A stretch of 64,000 nt of DNA from Amphiscolops sp. MND2022 (Eukaryota): assembly GCA_964187785.1 (NCBI GenBank), contig OZ076409.1, positions 80,292,001 to 80,356,000 on the forward strand, written 5' to 3'. The position numbers and the translations under genes are program-made. The notes under the pieces were generated by a model. The model was not told the DNA's origin, ran no database searches, and saw nothing but the letters and a program-made list of their open reading frames with translations. Of the stretch, positions 13,901 through 26,800 are shown piece after piece (the first letter of the stretch is position 1; every line of letters begins with the position of its first letter).

Positions 13901-15200
13901 TACGTTTCCTTGTAAGTGAATTGGTGTTGGATGTTTTTTACAGTCTTATATGTGCTCTTTCTTTCAAGTTGAATTTTAATGAAAGGTTCTTTTTGTCGGT
14001 GTTGTCGTAGAACAAATCCTTAAACTCAATCTTCAGCTTTAGGACTTTCTCTTGCACTTCGTCCAGTTATTTGTTGTGTATTTCGATATTTTCGTTCGAT
14101 AAATTTCATGCTATTCCCAACAGTTGCATCCAGTCCAAGCCCAATAACGGTGTTATTTTTTCTCTAGTTATTCTCAGAGGTAGTTGACGTAATTTGTTGT
14201 TTGTTTTCACCGCTGCTTTTGTTTGTCAAATGATACCAATATTGCTATAATCGCCATCTTTGTAGTTTGCATTTAAATTCAACCATGAGATATTGTTGAG
14301 AAAACACTGCGGTATTAATGTCACTAGCGGTCCGCTCTCCATTATGAACTTGTTGTAACCTCATTTTTTCTTCTACTGATGATGTTGCCCTTTCCAAAGG
14401 TATTATTTCGGGGAGTCGGCACATTTTCGTCATTTTTATTTTTGAAATTTCTCCAGTCAACTGTTCAGGCTATGCAGTTGTATTTTTCGTCAAAATTGAT
14501 GCTCCACGTTGTCCACATCGTTTATCTTTGTATTTTGTTCTTTGGCACTCCTTTCCACATTTGTGGGAACAGGTTTTTTGTGGCTCTTCCTAAACGTATT
14601 TCATATTTCTTTCCTGATTTTAGTTATTTGAACCGTTCAGATGTTTCGATTGCCATGTTACTTTTTATTCAACTCGTAGTCACCAGTGGATTTTCCAAAA
14701 GTGACAAGAGCTTGAATGCAATTTTTTAGCTGCTTACATTATCAATTGCACAGTTCTTTTCTGTTTGTAATATTGTGGTCCACGCATCTCCGGCCGTTTT
14801 GTTTGGGTTATCTTTTTTGGATCGTTAAAGCTGACAGTTTTTGTCCTTCCGGTTACTGCTGCTTCTCATAACGCCCAGATGAAAATATCTTTTTTTCTGA
14901 ATTCTAATGCGTCTCTGAAGACAGTGAATATCTCTTGGACAGTTGTCATCGTGTTCAGAATGATTTTCCGCGTCATTTGTGCGTTTTTGATAAAACTCCA
15001 CTATAGTTTCACCTCCTTTATGGTTTTCTCAAATTTTTCTGAGATATTTTTGTATTTCGTTCGTCCTCCCTTCTCTCCAGATTTTTCACTCGCAATTCTG
15101 CTAAATTTTCTTTGATACTTGTCGAAGTCATCCTTTCGTCTGTGAACTTTCGGTAAGCTACTGTGTGGGAGAAATGTATAATTCTGTCCTGAGAGAAACG
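10914..15200 (-). mobile_element. Highly degraded Ty3/Gypsy LTR retrotransposon (gag-PR-RT-RH-IN) with its 3' LTR
   Basis: Fragmented motifs in Gypsy order: LLGLDWM (PR), DYAYGQ and FQERIDQTL (RT), KHIAGKELGLVDYLSR (RH), PQTIRTDKGTTF (IN). The PPT AGGAGGGGAA at 11145-11136 is followed by an LTR TGTTG...CAACA (11135-10914). Confidence 0.8.
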
Positions 15201-15362
15201 GACTCGAAATTGCTATTTCAATAACTGACAGAAAAAGAAGAGCGGCGATGCACATCGCGCCTGTTTTGGCCGCGCAAAATTATGTAGTTGACCCAATGGA
15301 TTCGTGAAAGTTTTTGCAGTCTAAACTAACAAGAAACCCAAAGTGGGCATTGGATGCTTCGC

Positions 15363-15864
15363 TTTTTAGTCAGCACATTTTAGAAAATCAGCCCGACTGT
15401 TACAGTGGATAGTTTTTTAGACGCGTAAGGTCCACTTTTTTGTTCATTTGTTCAACTTGAACTATATATACAAAACTTGATATTCAAAAGATACTGGCAA
15501 TGTCAGGACCTCGTCTGAACCAAAAAAGCAAAACCGACGTCCGCAACCTCGAAAACATACTAAGGGTCCACCATACTATCTTGGTGTTTTTATCTTAGAT
15601 TTTTTTGGAACTATGAGACTTTTCCCAAAATTTTTGCATTACACCAAAAGTCCCTCCTTTTACATTTTACACTGTTCAAAAATCTCATTTTTATTGATTT
15701 TTTGAACAAATATTTATGTCTACAAAAGCCCCCTTCATTTTTTTCACATTTTGCAACAAACTGGAGTTTCAAAGAGCCCGAAGGGTCCCCCTTTCACAGT
15801 TTTAAATACTTTGCGCTATTTGAGCATTAGATATAGCGCCGACTTTGGCCGTTCCCGGCTTGTT
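15363..15864 (+). mobile_element. Helentron-like non-autonomous element, family A
   Basis: Degenerate 5' end; 3' AGCGCCGACTTTGGCCGTTCCCGGCTTGTT. Confidence 0.65.
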
Positions 15865-17861
15865 ATCTAAGTAGTAACGCAAAGTAGTGTGCTAATGAGG
15901 ATTGAAGAGAATCTGCTCAAGTTGGGGACTTCTACCAAAAACGCACTTTTGGAGCTAACTAATATACTCTGTAACTGCTAATTTGTTTGAAAAAGAAAGA
16001 TGATTTCCGCATGAACTTTTGAAAAAAAATTCAATGTAATTCACTGAATTCCAGGCAATTCACTTTGGAAGTTTGAAAAAGAAGTTCAACTTATAAGTTT
16101 CACTGCAAACATACAAATTTTGGACAATAGATTTTGCTGCTTGCATGAACAAGTGGGGCAGTGGCACTGGAATATTCCTGGTATACTGTTACAACAAAAT
16201 TTCCGAGGGGGACCTTTTTCAGCCAAAAAAGACTTCCTCTTGGAACTATCACAAAAACGATCTTTTTTCCGAAAATTTCTGGTTGAATGTCACACTGGAC
16301 CAAAATCACACGAATGTGTGACTCTTAAGGCTCGAAAACCGTGTTTTATAAACAAAAAAACGATGCAGCTCAATTCTAAGGAACCGTAAAAAACAAGAGC
16401 CCGACTTTTTAAAAGTAGCCACACTGAATGGACTTTGTTCAACTTATCCAGTGACTTCGTATTTATATCGTGAAGCCAGTCTAAAATGTATCTAAAAAAG
16501 GACCAATTCATATCTAGGATCACTAACAAGAAACAGAAAGTTCCGGCACTGTGTTTTTTGTGGAAAAAACTTATCCAGAAGTTTCTACCAAATTAGTATT
16601 TCTGGTTGATGTGTCAAACACGTTTTTCGAGGCTACATGGTGAACCTTTATATTTTTGTTCTCATGCACTGATTTGAGCCCCATGGGGTGCCTTTTGAGA
16701 CGTTCTCGTCTTAACAATTATTGAGAAAACTCATTAGTCCCACAGAGGTCACCTGCAGCATAAGAGGTCCCCGCGAATTTCTTCGACGGAAAACCTCAAA
16801 GCTATAAAAATTGAGGAACTAATTCCCTTTAAAATCCTCTGTATGCCGTATGGTAAAAATCAAACCGGAAACTTTGGCTTAGAGAATATTGCTTAGAGAA
16901 AGTTGCTTAGTGCACTATCACAGGAAACCACTCAAAAGGAGACCCTTTGGTCCTTCCCCTACCTTTGCAAACATGAAAAACTTTTGGGTTAGTGCGGGAC
17001 TCGAACCCACATACTCCTGGAAATCTGCATCAACCTCCAGGTCAGATGGCATATGAATTGAAGTTATAGATTTCAGTAGTTATAGTAGAAACTGGTAGAG
17101 GGAAAAAATTCCCAGCTAAAACAGATTTTTAATTCTTTGAATCCACGAAAATGAAAACGAAGATTTTTCGTTTCGTAAGAAAACGAAACATAATAGCTCT
17201 CGTCTTGAAAAATAATATATCTAAAGAGTCAACAATCTCTCACATTCCCTTCTTTGAACCTAATTAAAGGTCTATGGTAATTTTATCAGCCTATGGCCAT
17301 TTATCAACCGATGTATGTCCACAATATCTTTCTATCTTACAATCTGATGTTGGGAATAACGACAGCTAAAATTTCGCGACTAAAAACCTAAAATTTAGTA
17401 AATCTAAATAAAAGATGACGCAGAAATATCAAAAATGCTAAATTTACTGTAAGTTTCTATTTTTGAGAAAAATCTCACTTTGCTCTTTAAAAAATCATAC
17501 CTTAGAAATTTTATTCACCCCCATTTTTACAGATACAATCAATCAGTACGTCTTTCGGAAACATATTGCACAACTCTCAACAAGACGACTCAAAACCTTT
17601 CGGTTTTCCGCGACAATCAAAAATTTTGCTCGCGTATAAACTAATATAGCTTTTCAAAGATTCTCTATTATCAAGATTAAAAACGAATAATTGACTAAGT
17701 GAAACAAAATGTTACTGATCGATTTATATACTGCTATGATTCAACTTGATACTTCATTTGTGTCTTGGAAACAATCAATTTGAGGCATTGACAAAGGATA
17801 TAGTGATATAACGTTACTCTAATGCGCATACAACGGAATTATTGGAATAATATACAATAAT

Positions 17862-20800
17862 TTATTTGAGATTCATTTTCATTTTGTATTCTTGCTCCAC
17901 CGTCTCCCACGCTGACTCGTCCCATGGATCTTCTAGATCCTCTTCTAATCCCGAAACTGGTTTGTTGGCCTTCTTGGAATGGGATGATCTGCTTTTGCTC
18001 TTAGCAGAGGAGGACGAGGTTGTGTTGGATTCAAAGTCACCCCAGTTTTGATCATCCCATGAGCTGAAAAAAGTGTTCATAACTACGCTAACTCCTGATC
18101 AACTTTTCTTCCATAGAAGTCCGATAGAAAATATGGTTCCTGATGTATTAAGTAAGGATTGAGCAGTTTTACGGATAGAAGGATTCTTCAAATCAGAAAA
18201 TAAATTCCTGTCAACTTAATAGGCTACAAAGCATAAAGTGGCAACCAGCACAAAACCCTCAATGCATTGTTTCCAAAGTCCCTGCCCGCGTCATTTGGTA
18301 GCCTAGAGAAGCTAAGGGAGACACAGTAAACTTACCTTTGAGAATCACGACTTCTAAATATGAAACTTTAGCAGATACATTAGCAGAAGGTGAAAATGAC
18401 TCGGTCGATGCCTTACCCACAAGTACGTCAAAACTTCAAAACCAAAAACCCGCAGACAACATGTTAGATTGATGAAAAATTTTTCAAAATCGAATGAACT
18501 TTGGAGTCGGATACAAGTCAAGGCGTGTACAATACGTAATTAAGCAACTAACGTATCGTTCCATCCGTCATCTTGTTGTTTTTGACTACTCCGCGCACTA
18601 TGTTTAGTCTTGTTGCTCCTTGTCCCAGATCCGTAGTCTGTTGACTCTGTTGTCGAATAGGAATTACTGGGATTACCCTGGTATCCGTCACCCGCGTTGT
18701 CTCCGAAGTCACTGTAGACGTCACTGCCGTTGTAGATGTCTCCCCTGGAATCGGCTGGATTTCCCGGACCTGTCCACATTCTACTGCCAGCTGACTGCAT
18801 CTAAAAGTAAAAAACAAATTGACAGCTTTGCAACAATAGAAAAACAAATACACTATTTATACTGCGCGGAATGTAAATTGAACGTTTCGAGAAGAAAGAA
18901 AATTCTGCATTAATTCGAACTTCAAGCTTCAGATATCTCATAGCGTTTCTAGAAATGTAACTAAACTGCTCAGACCATCACAACTTGCTTTGCTGCATAA
19001 GCGATAGAGAAACCTACAACGTGCCGCGATGTTTCCCAAGGTTTGTTCATTACGATCGATGATTGCAGGGTAAGCAAAACTACTGAGACCTTGAAGTGAA
19101 GTAATTGTGACGGCTACCCCAACACAAAGCGAGATCTCCAAGTCCTAAGTCGCTTCGTAAAGACTACAAAAAGAGGACAATGATATTTGGCACAGCATAA
19201 TAGGTAGTCCGGTGAATTCTATGCCATATCCTGTCAATTCCTGGCCCGAGCCCATGGCATTTAGGTGTTGACTAGTCAGAAACTAGATGTTTTAGCTCAT
19301 GTTTCTTGCATACAACGTAACCTCGTATGTGGAAACGAAAAGTATCGAGGTGAACGACCCCACGTCGAGCCAATTTGGAGACCCTTCCCGATTTTGAAGG
19401 GGTCTTAAAGTGAACAAATATGATTTGAATCGAAACTACTCAAGTGGTCTTAAGGCTTCGAGATCACTACTGCGTGTATAATATTTCAACTATTAGAGAT
19501 AATTTCTGTTAATATGGCAATCCTAGTCAGCTCGGGAAAACAACGGCTGCGCCCAGAGAATGGCCGCCACTGGCAGAGCAAGGGCGGATTTTAAACATTT
19601 CCACAGGGTTTCTTTGGAAACACTAATTTACAAGCATGAATTCAGAGATCAAGCCTTCTATTTTTTACACCAAATCTAGTTATAACGTTTCCAACATCAA
19701 TTTGAACGTTTTTATGGATGTAAATTAATGCCATAGATGTAAGTCTTTTCTTGGCCCATCGAGCTTCTCAAATAGGACTTTAATAGTCGAAGTGTGGAGT
19801 AGACCTTTTTGCAGTAAATGTTGATCGGAAAAGTTGCAAAAGAAGCCGATCAGTTCGCGTTCCAATGCAAAACGCCCCGCTATTAAACGTGGGGAACTAA
19901 TCTGCCTTTAACTGAACGTTATCGAAGACGCTGAATGAATATAAAGACACAAATCAGCGCTTTCACACCAAAAATTAATACAATTAAAAACCATTTAAAC
20001 TGCTAGTTTGAAAAAGGTCTGAAAAATTATATAGGAAAACTTTAATGGAGCAACTTGTTAATGCATCGTGTTAGAAAAAACTGATAATTATTCAGCTGGA
20101 GTAACGAAATTCAATATTGTTGCAGGAAAGGAGTTATCAAACCGCCAGTCGCCTTCGATTGGGTCGCGTTTGACTGACGCGCTTTTGTCTGGTAACCGAC
20201 GTTGTATTTACGGGACAAATGAACAATTGAATAATCCCTAAAATGTGAGGTATGGCAGCGTATATTGACGGCACAGTATACCGCATAAGGAAACGTGAAT
20301 GATTGCATGCATGAAACAAGGTAACTTGTGGGTAGGAGGTAGGAGTAAGTTGAGTCTCCGGGAGACAAAACACTAGAAATCAATTCATCAGCAGTTCCAT
20401 GGTTAGAGATACAGTACAGCACGGCACTTCTATACTTTCGGGGTTTCCGTTGGTTTATTCCTAGGGAAATTAGTTGAATGAAATGTTGGGAGCATATTAC
20501 TACTGAACTTGAATTAATGCTCTGCATAGTAAGCAATCCTTCCATATCACTATCCATTCGCATTAGATGAGTAACTTTGAAAGAAACTAGCGGTCAAGAA
20601 ATTAGCGGTTGTGGTGCATTTATAAAAACCGCAACAACTAAGCAAAAACTTTGTCTGATAAAGATAGATTCTTGGGAAACTGATGTTAACAAAATTTTGG
20701 AAAATGAATTGAGTTCGTTTGAACCTCCGCAGGTATTGATCTTGGCATTTAACTCCTTGTCTTTAATCATACCATTCTAGGCATTAGAATATGGCTCTAT

Positions 20801-23800
20801 AGTATTTGCAGCTGATAGACAAGTGATATTTTCAGGCGGTGGCAACTAAAGGTGACTTTGTGAACCATCTGATCATGCTGTCAGAAAGCCGCAAATCTTT
20901 GGACGTTTTTGCATCAACTTTAAGGTATACAAAAATAATCAACGAGATCTTTTACGTTGACTACTCCTCACAATTGTGTAATTGAGAAAATAGGCCCCTC
21001 CGGGGCACATTATTTCTGCTTTAATCTTTCATTATTAATAGGATCATATCTGGAATACCAATACACTACTGTTCAATCATAATTTAGCGCACAATTAATC
21101 ACTGTAGAAGTTTACTGTGAATTCCCAAATAACATAAAAATAACAAACAAAATTAGTTTCAAATAACATAAAAATGAAATGAGTTTCACTAAACATAAAA
21201 ATGAAATTGTTTACGAGAAAGTGTTACTGGTCAAAATCATTCACAATTCAAAAGATTCACTGACAAAAAGTATGAAAATTACAAATAAAATTTCGTGAGT
21301 TCGATTGTTTAACCGGGCATTAGGTTTTATTTTTGTTATTTGAAACTAATTTCATTTTTGTTATTTGAAACTAATTTTGTTTTTATGTTATTTGCTCTTA
21401 TGTTATTTGGTACGTAATCCAAGTTTACACCGCCTTTAATTCTTCTCAGAGTAAAGAAAATATAACTACTAAGCGTAGACGAAGTTTCGCATTCGCATTT
21501 GAATGCAGGCGAAGGAGTCAACGAACGAATATATAACGCATAATTACGAACATTCGCTCGCTTCATCTCAATGACGTCAGCGTACGAATGCATTATTACC
21601 ACCGCTAGTTCCATCGCACGAGAATTGAAATGTCGGCAGCTTGAGAAATTTAATTCTCACGCTTATAGTCACTGCCGAACAAATATCTGAATTATTCAGT
21701 ATTGTGCGAAGAATTGTACTGAAAAAAGTAGACATCTTGGGATTTCAATAATATTCCTGCTATCGCAGAAATAATAAAAACAGTTTAGGAAACAACATGA
21801 GTTCATAAAATCCCAATTACACAATTGGAACAAAATTGATCTTGAATGAATATCGAAGTTTGTTCAAACCATTGAGGGAGTGTACAAGCAGCAACTAATT
21901 TCATCACTTTTAAGGCAAAGAACTGAGTCCCAAGCTAGAAAAGTCTCAACGTTCTCATTAAAGGTACTTGTAATGTCATTGACATTATCGAATCAAACTA
22001 TGAATGCTAATTTTGTTTTGGAATAAATATTGATTAAAGATTTTGAGTTCCATTTGGTAAAACAAGCCGGGAACGGCATAAGTCGGCGCCATATCCAAGG
22101 CTCAAAAATAGCAAAAAGACTTCCAAGTGTCAAGTATTCTCTTTTACAGTACTCAAAAAAATGGACCGAGTGGCGCGCCGGGGCCCGCTAGCGCGAGCCT
22201 CTGGCGCGCTAAAAGGGGGACACTTCCGAAATTGTCAACATTTTTGTCGCAGTTGAAGGTAACACTTCGGAAAAAAAACATTTTCGAATAAAAGTCTCAC
22301 AATGCCGAAAAACTGAAAGGGGACCTTTTGAGGAAATTTTTTTCCGGAATAAAAGTCTCGCAGCGCCGAAAAAAATTGGAAGGGGGGACCCTTTGGTCTC
22401 GCCCGGTATGGTATGTTACGCGGGAAAACAGGAAAAAGCTTTTTGGTTTATTTCGCTAGACCAAATAGTGCAATTTGGTGCAATAATATTTTGTAGAACT
22501 TTTTGGTCAGTTCGTGTGGATTGAAAAAAAAAGAAAAGCCACTATAATAGTCGCGTTTCACTTCATGAAGCGCCGACTAATAAGTATGAGATATATTTGT
22601 TGTTTTTTAGTCGGCGCTTTTCTTAAGAAAAGAGCCCGACTATTACAGTCACTCGTTTTTTTTTATTTAAGACAGACTCGAAGCGACGAACGTTAAAATT
22701 AACGTTCAACTACTAAATACAGTACTAAACTACTGGACCGGTAAAGGCAAACGGGGAGCGCATTCATTTACTTTTTAAACGTTACCTACAAGCCCGGACG
22801 GGACTAAAGGGTCCCCCCTTTCGATTTTTTTCGGCACTGCGAGACTTTTTTTCGAAACTTTTTAAGTGTCCCCAAAGGGTCCCCCCTTTGAGTTTTTTAT
22901 TTTGCTACAGAATGCGTGTTTATAAATCAAAAAGGGCCCCCCTTTTACATTTTCGGCACTGTGCGACATTTTCCGAAAGAAAATTCTTTTTCGAAAATCA
23001 AGTTTTTTTCCAAAAAAATGTTTTGCGCTTTTTGAGCCTTAGATATAGCGCCGACTTGAGACGTTCCCGTCTTGTTTTGTTTGATTCCTTTGGTTCATAA
23101 CTTTCACTTCTCGTTCTACGTTGCTACCTAACACCAGCAATATTCTTAACTCAAGAAACTTTTATAACGCATATCGTTCTTTATGAGTAAATTGGGAACC
23201 CCAAGGGACCTAATACGTATCCGCAAGTTTTCGGTAGAGTCCTCGAAATGTTAGATATGTGACTCTACATTTTTTTTGCAATTGAGGACTATCTACAAAA
23301 CAAAACTTGATCGGTAACCTCGAGAAAATATGGGATTTCAAAAATGCTCTCAAGTCAAAACGTAACTTGAACAGTAAATTGAAAAATTTGCAATCTACAA
23401 AAAAATAAGGTTGCCTGTTGGGAATAAAAATCGTTGGGAAAGATCAGTTTTTTGCTAATTCTAATTCGGTAAAACTTACGCTACAAATTGCATATTTCAT
23501 CGTTTCATAATTTGTCATCTACAGTGATATAATAAAACTGTCGAAACCTTTTCGGTGATCCACACAATGAACTTTGAAGAAACAATTCCATGAACTGCTC
23601 AAAAATAATTCAAGGTCAGAAATAGAATATTATCAACTGTAAGAAAGCATCAGAAAATAGCAATGTCCTTGAAATCAATATAACTTTTCTAGATGAACAG
23701 AAAATGAGATATTGTACAAAACGAAAAGATCTATGCTGCTGTCATGCAAGTGCGGGACTACATCTGCAAACTTACCGAATCCTTGCAGTTCAAATAAACC

Positions 23801-26800
23801 AACGTCATAATTATTGCACAAGCAATTCGTCTTTAGAAGTTTCGATATTAAGGCCAACTTCTTACTTTGGTGGCTATAGAAGCAGCTCCTGAACCCAGAT
23901 CAGTGAAGAGAGTGCCATCGTTGTATTTGGAATGGGTGGGTTTAATGATGTTCTCGTTCACCGTAGACCCCAACTGACCAGCTTTGTCTTTGGCCACCGC
24001 TCCCAACTTGCAGGCCCCGTCCTTGGCTGCACTGCCCCATTTATACGCATTGCTCGAAAAAGAACTCCAGCCCTGCGCCATTTTCACATTATTAAATATC
24101 ATTCATGTTCTCGAGATACAATTGAACTCGCCTTATTCGTATCGCTAGAGGCCGAATAAAATAGTACGAACGATGACATACGAATTAATATGACGATATC
24201 ACCTAATGCATTTCGATCGGATGATATTACTTCCGTCGTCGCAAAACGGGGTCCTCCGATACATACGAATTAAACGAAGGTCCGAATTATTCGGATACGA
24301 ACTAAACGGAGTTGAATGTAATTGAAATATAAATAATTATCATATCAGATGGCAGAAGTATCTCCAATTACATGTTGATCTGATTTCCAAACTTCTACTG
24401 AAATGGGGGGTTTATTGAAAACGAAGTCTATCGAAAGAGCTGAGTTGTGATCCTGGCACATCAAGAGCTCACGAAAGCTATCGTACGACAAAGAGCTAAC
24501 TTACGTCAATCAAGGAATTTGGGTAAGCATGAAATTAACTCACAGAGTATAGGGAATTTGTGACACTGGGAGCTGGCTCTCGTTGAACTGTGTTTCCGAA
24601 ACCCACATATTTTCCACCTTGACTGGGGGGTATGTCACTGAAAAACATCCCAATAAAATCCATACTATGATACACGGTAAAAGATCTGTTTCAAGGTACT
24701 TACTCTCTTTTTGATTCGTTTTCTTGTTGAAGTCGAGAGAAGAAATCGTCTTTATTTCTGGCATGCGTTTCACTGAAGAAAAGAACATTGAACTCAATCA
24801 ATATTTGATACAACTTTTAATTAATTACATATATGGATAAAGAAGAAACTCTTTAAATTCCACGGTGTGGGCGCCGAATACGCAGTTGTTGTCTAAGTCG
24901 ACGCCATAAGTTACGGTTCCATATTTGCATCCAAATTGTCAGACAATGCCAGACTTGAAGCTGTGGCTTCCAAATGACTTGCTCAAGGTCAAAAAGGTCT
25001 GACTGTCTAGGGATGAAGGACTTGCTGAAGGCCCAACAAAGGTAAGTTGAGAGATTCGAACCTGATACCGCCCCAGTACATACCAAATGCTCTAACCACT
25101 ACAACATCGACAAAATTAAATCTGAGCATCATCAAGCACTACTACCAGAGGAAATTAGTTTCAACAGACACGGGCCGAATAGAGCATAAGATTCTTTGAT
25201 TATTACCGAGAGACTCGATTATTCTAAGACCTAATTTATTCAAAGCATTTTCTTGCAAGAAAGTTTCAAGAGATCATATCTAAATCTCAAACATGAGGAA
25301 AATTCCTTACATCATCAACAACCAACCTGTTTAAAAAGTCTTCGAGGCTATCTTTGTCTAGATCGAGGGGAGAGGATTTGACGGCAGTGGCTGAGCCATT
25401 TTTGTTCACAACTTTTAGTCCTCCTGACGAAGAAGTTTTGTGAGGTACGTAATTCTGCGCCGGTGAGGTTTCTTCCGACCAAGGTTTACCTTCTGCTAAT
25501 GTTGCTATCTGAAACCAATAATCTCGATTACAACCTATTTTTCACTAGTTTTACGTTTTATGTGGATATCATCGCACTAACCCTTCCGACAATTAGTTCA
25601 TCAATGATAACGTCAAAGAAAAGGAAAATAATTATGGTTCAGAAGGAAGTTTCCATGAAACAGCTAAAAGGTCTCGGCATTTGCAGCAGAAATACTGCCT
25701 CCACGAACAAATTTTTATATCAATTACTCAGTCAACAAACGTATAAAATAGTTTTAACGAGGTAAATTTAAAGGCAGAATCAAAGTCGAGCAGTCGACAG
25801 AAGACTGACGTTTAAAAAACTTTAAAAATCGAGTTCTTTCAAAATCTTTCATATATTCTTCTTGCGGATAAGTAGAGCCGAACGCCAAAAAAAACCACGA
25901 AATAATTAACACAAAAACAGGCGTGTATGAACAGGACAATCGACGCCAATAGAAGTTATAGCGAGTTAAGTTTTCAGATGAAGCAAGGCCATCAGCAAGG
26001 ATGATCAGGAGCAAAATTAGTTCAAACTTTTGGTAAACAAGACTGTAAAAAGTTTTCAGTTTCTCAACAACTAAATTTAACTTAACATGTTTTTAGTCGG
26101 CGCATTTTCCTTTAAGGAAAAAAGCTCGACCATTACAGTGACTAGTTTTTCGTTAGATAACAGAATGTATGCGTAGTGGGCACTTTTTACAGAACTACTA
26201 AACTACTGGACCGGCAAGCGTAAACGCAAGCATCTAAGTTAGTGCAAAGGGTCCCCCTTTCATTTATTCCATTTTTAGCGTGAGATACAAAACCGGATGA
26301 GACTATAGGGTCCACCATTTGATTTTTTTTTCGGCACTGTGCGACTTTTTTTCGATTTTTTGTCTTCAAAGGGTCCCCGCTTCAAATTTTTCGATATTTT
26401 GCAGCATACTGAAGTTTCAAAAAACCCAAAGGGTCTCCTCTTCCAAATTTTTCGGCACTATGAGATTGTTTGAAAATTCTTTTTTAGTCTGAAATCTCAA
26501 TACATACCCACAAATATTTTCCAAAATTTTAACGTAAAATCCGGAGTAAAGCGCCATATTCGAACTTTTGACGTTATCTACGAAGTAATTTGCGTTTTAC
26601 TGAGGAGGCGCAAGATTGAGAAAAAGCGCTTGCATTTCTTTCAGCAGGCAATATCCTAACTTTTGAAGCGTTTTTCGAGAACGAGAAGCGTAATTACGGT
26701 GTTTCGAAACTGAAACTTTTTCATTTAAAAAACGTCCTAAGCATATCCTAAAATCTTTGCGCTTTTTGAGCATTAGATTGAGCGCCGACTTTAGACGTTC

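Noticed and set aside
18417..18433. Second possible microexon (AAG|17 nt|GTAAGG)
   Set aside because: Weak acceptor, and it would shift the frame.
20111..20563. 150-aa ORF as a nested gene in an ARFGAP1 intron
   Set aside because: No recognisable domain or splice support; probably decayed TE.
25049..25110. Functional tRNA gene
   Set aside because: No complete cloverleaf; it continues into a SINE-like body.
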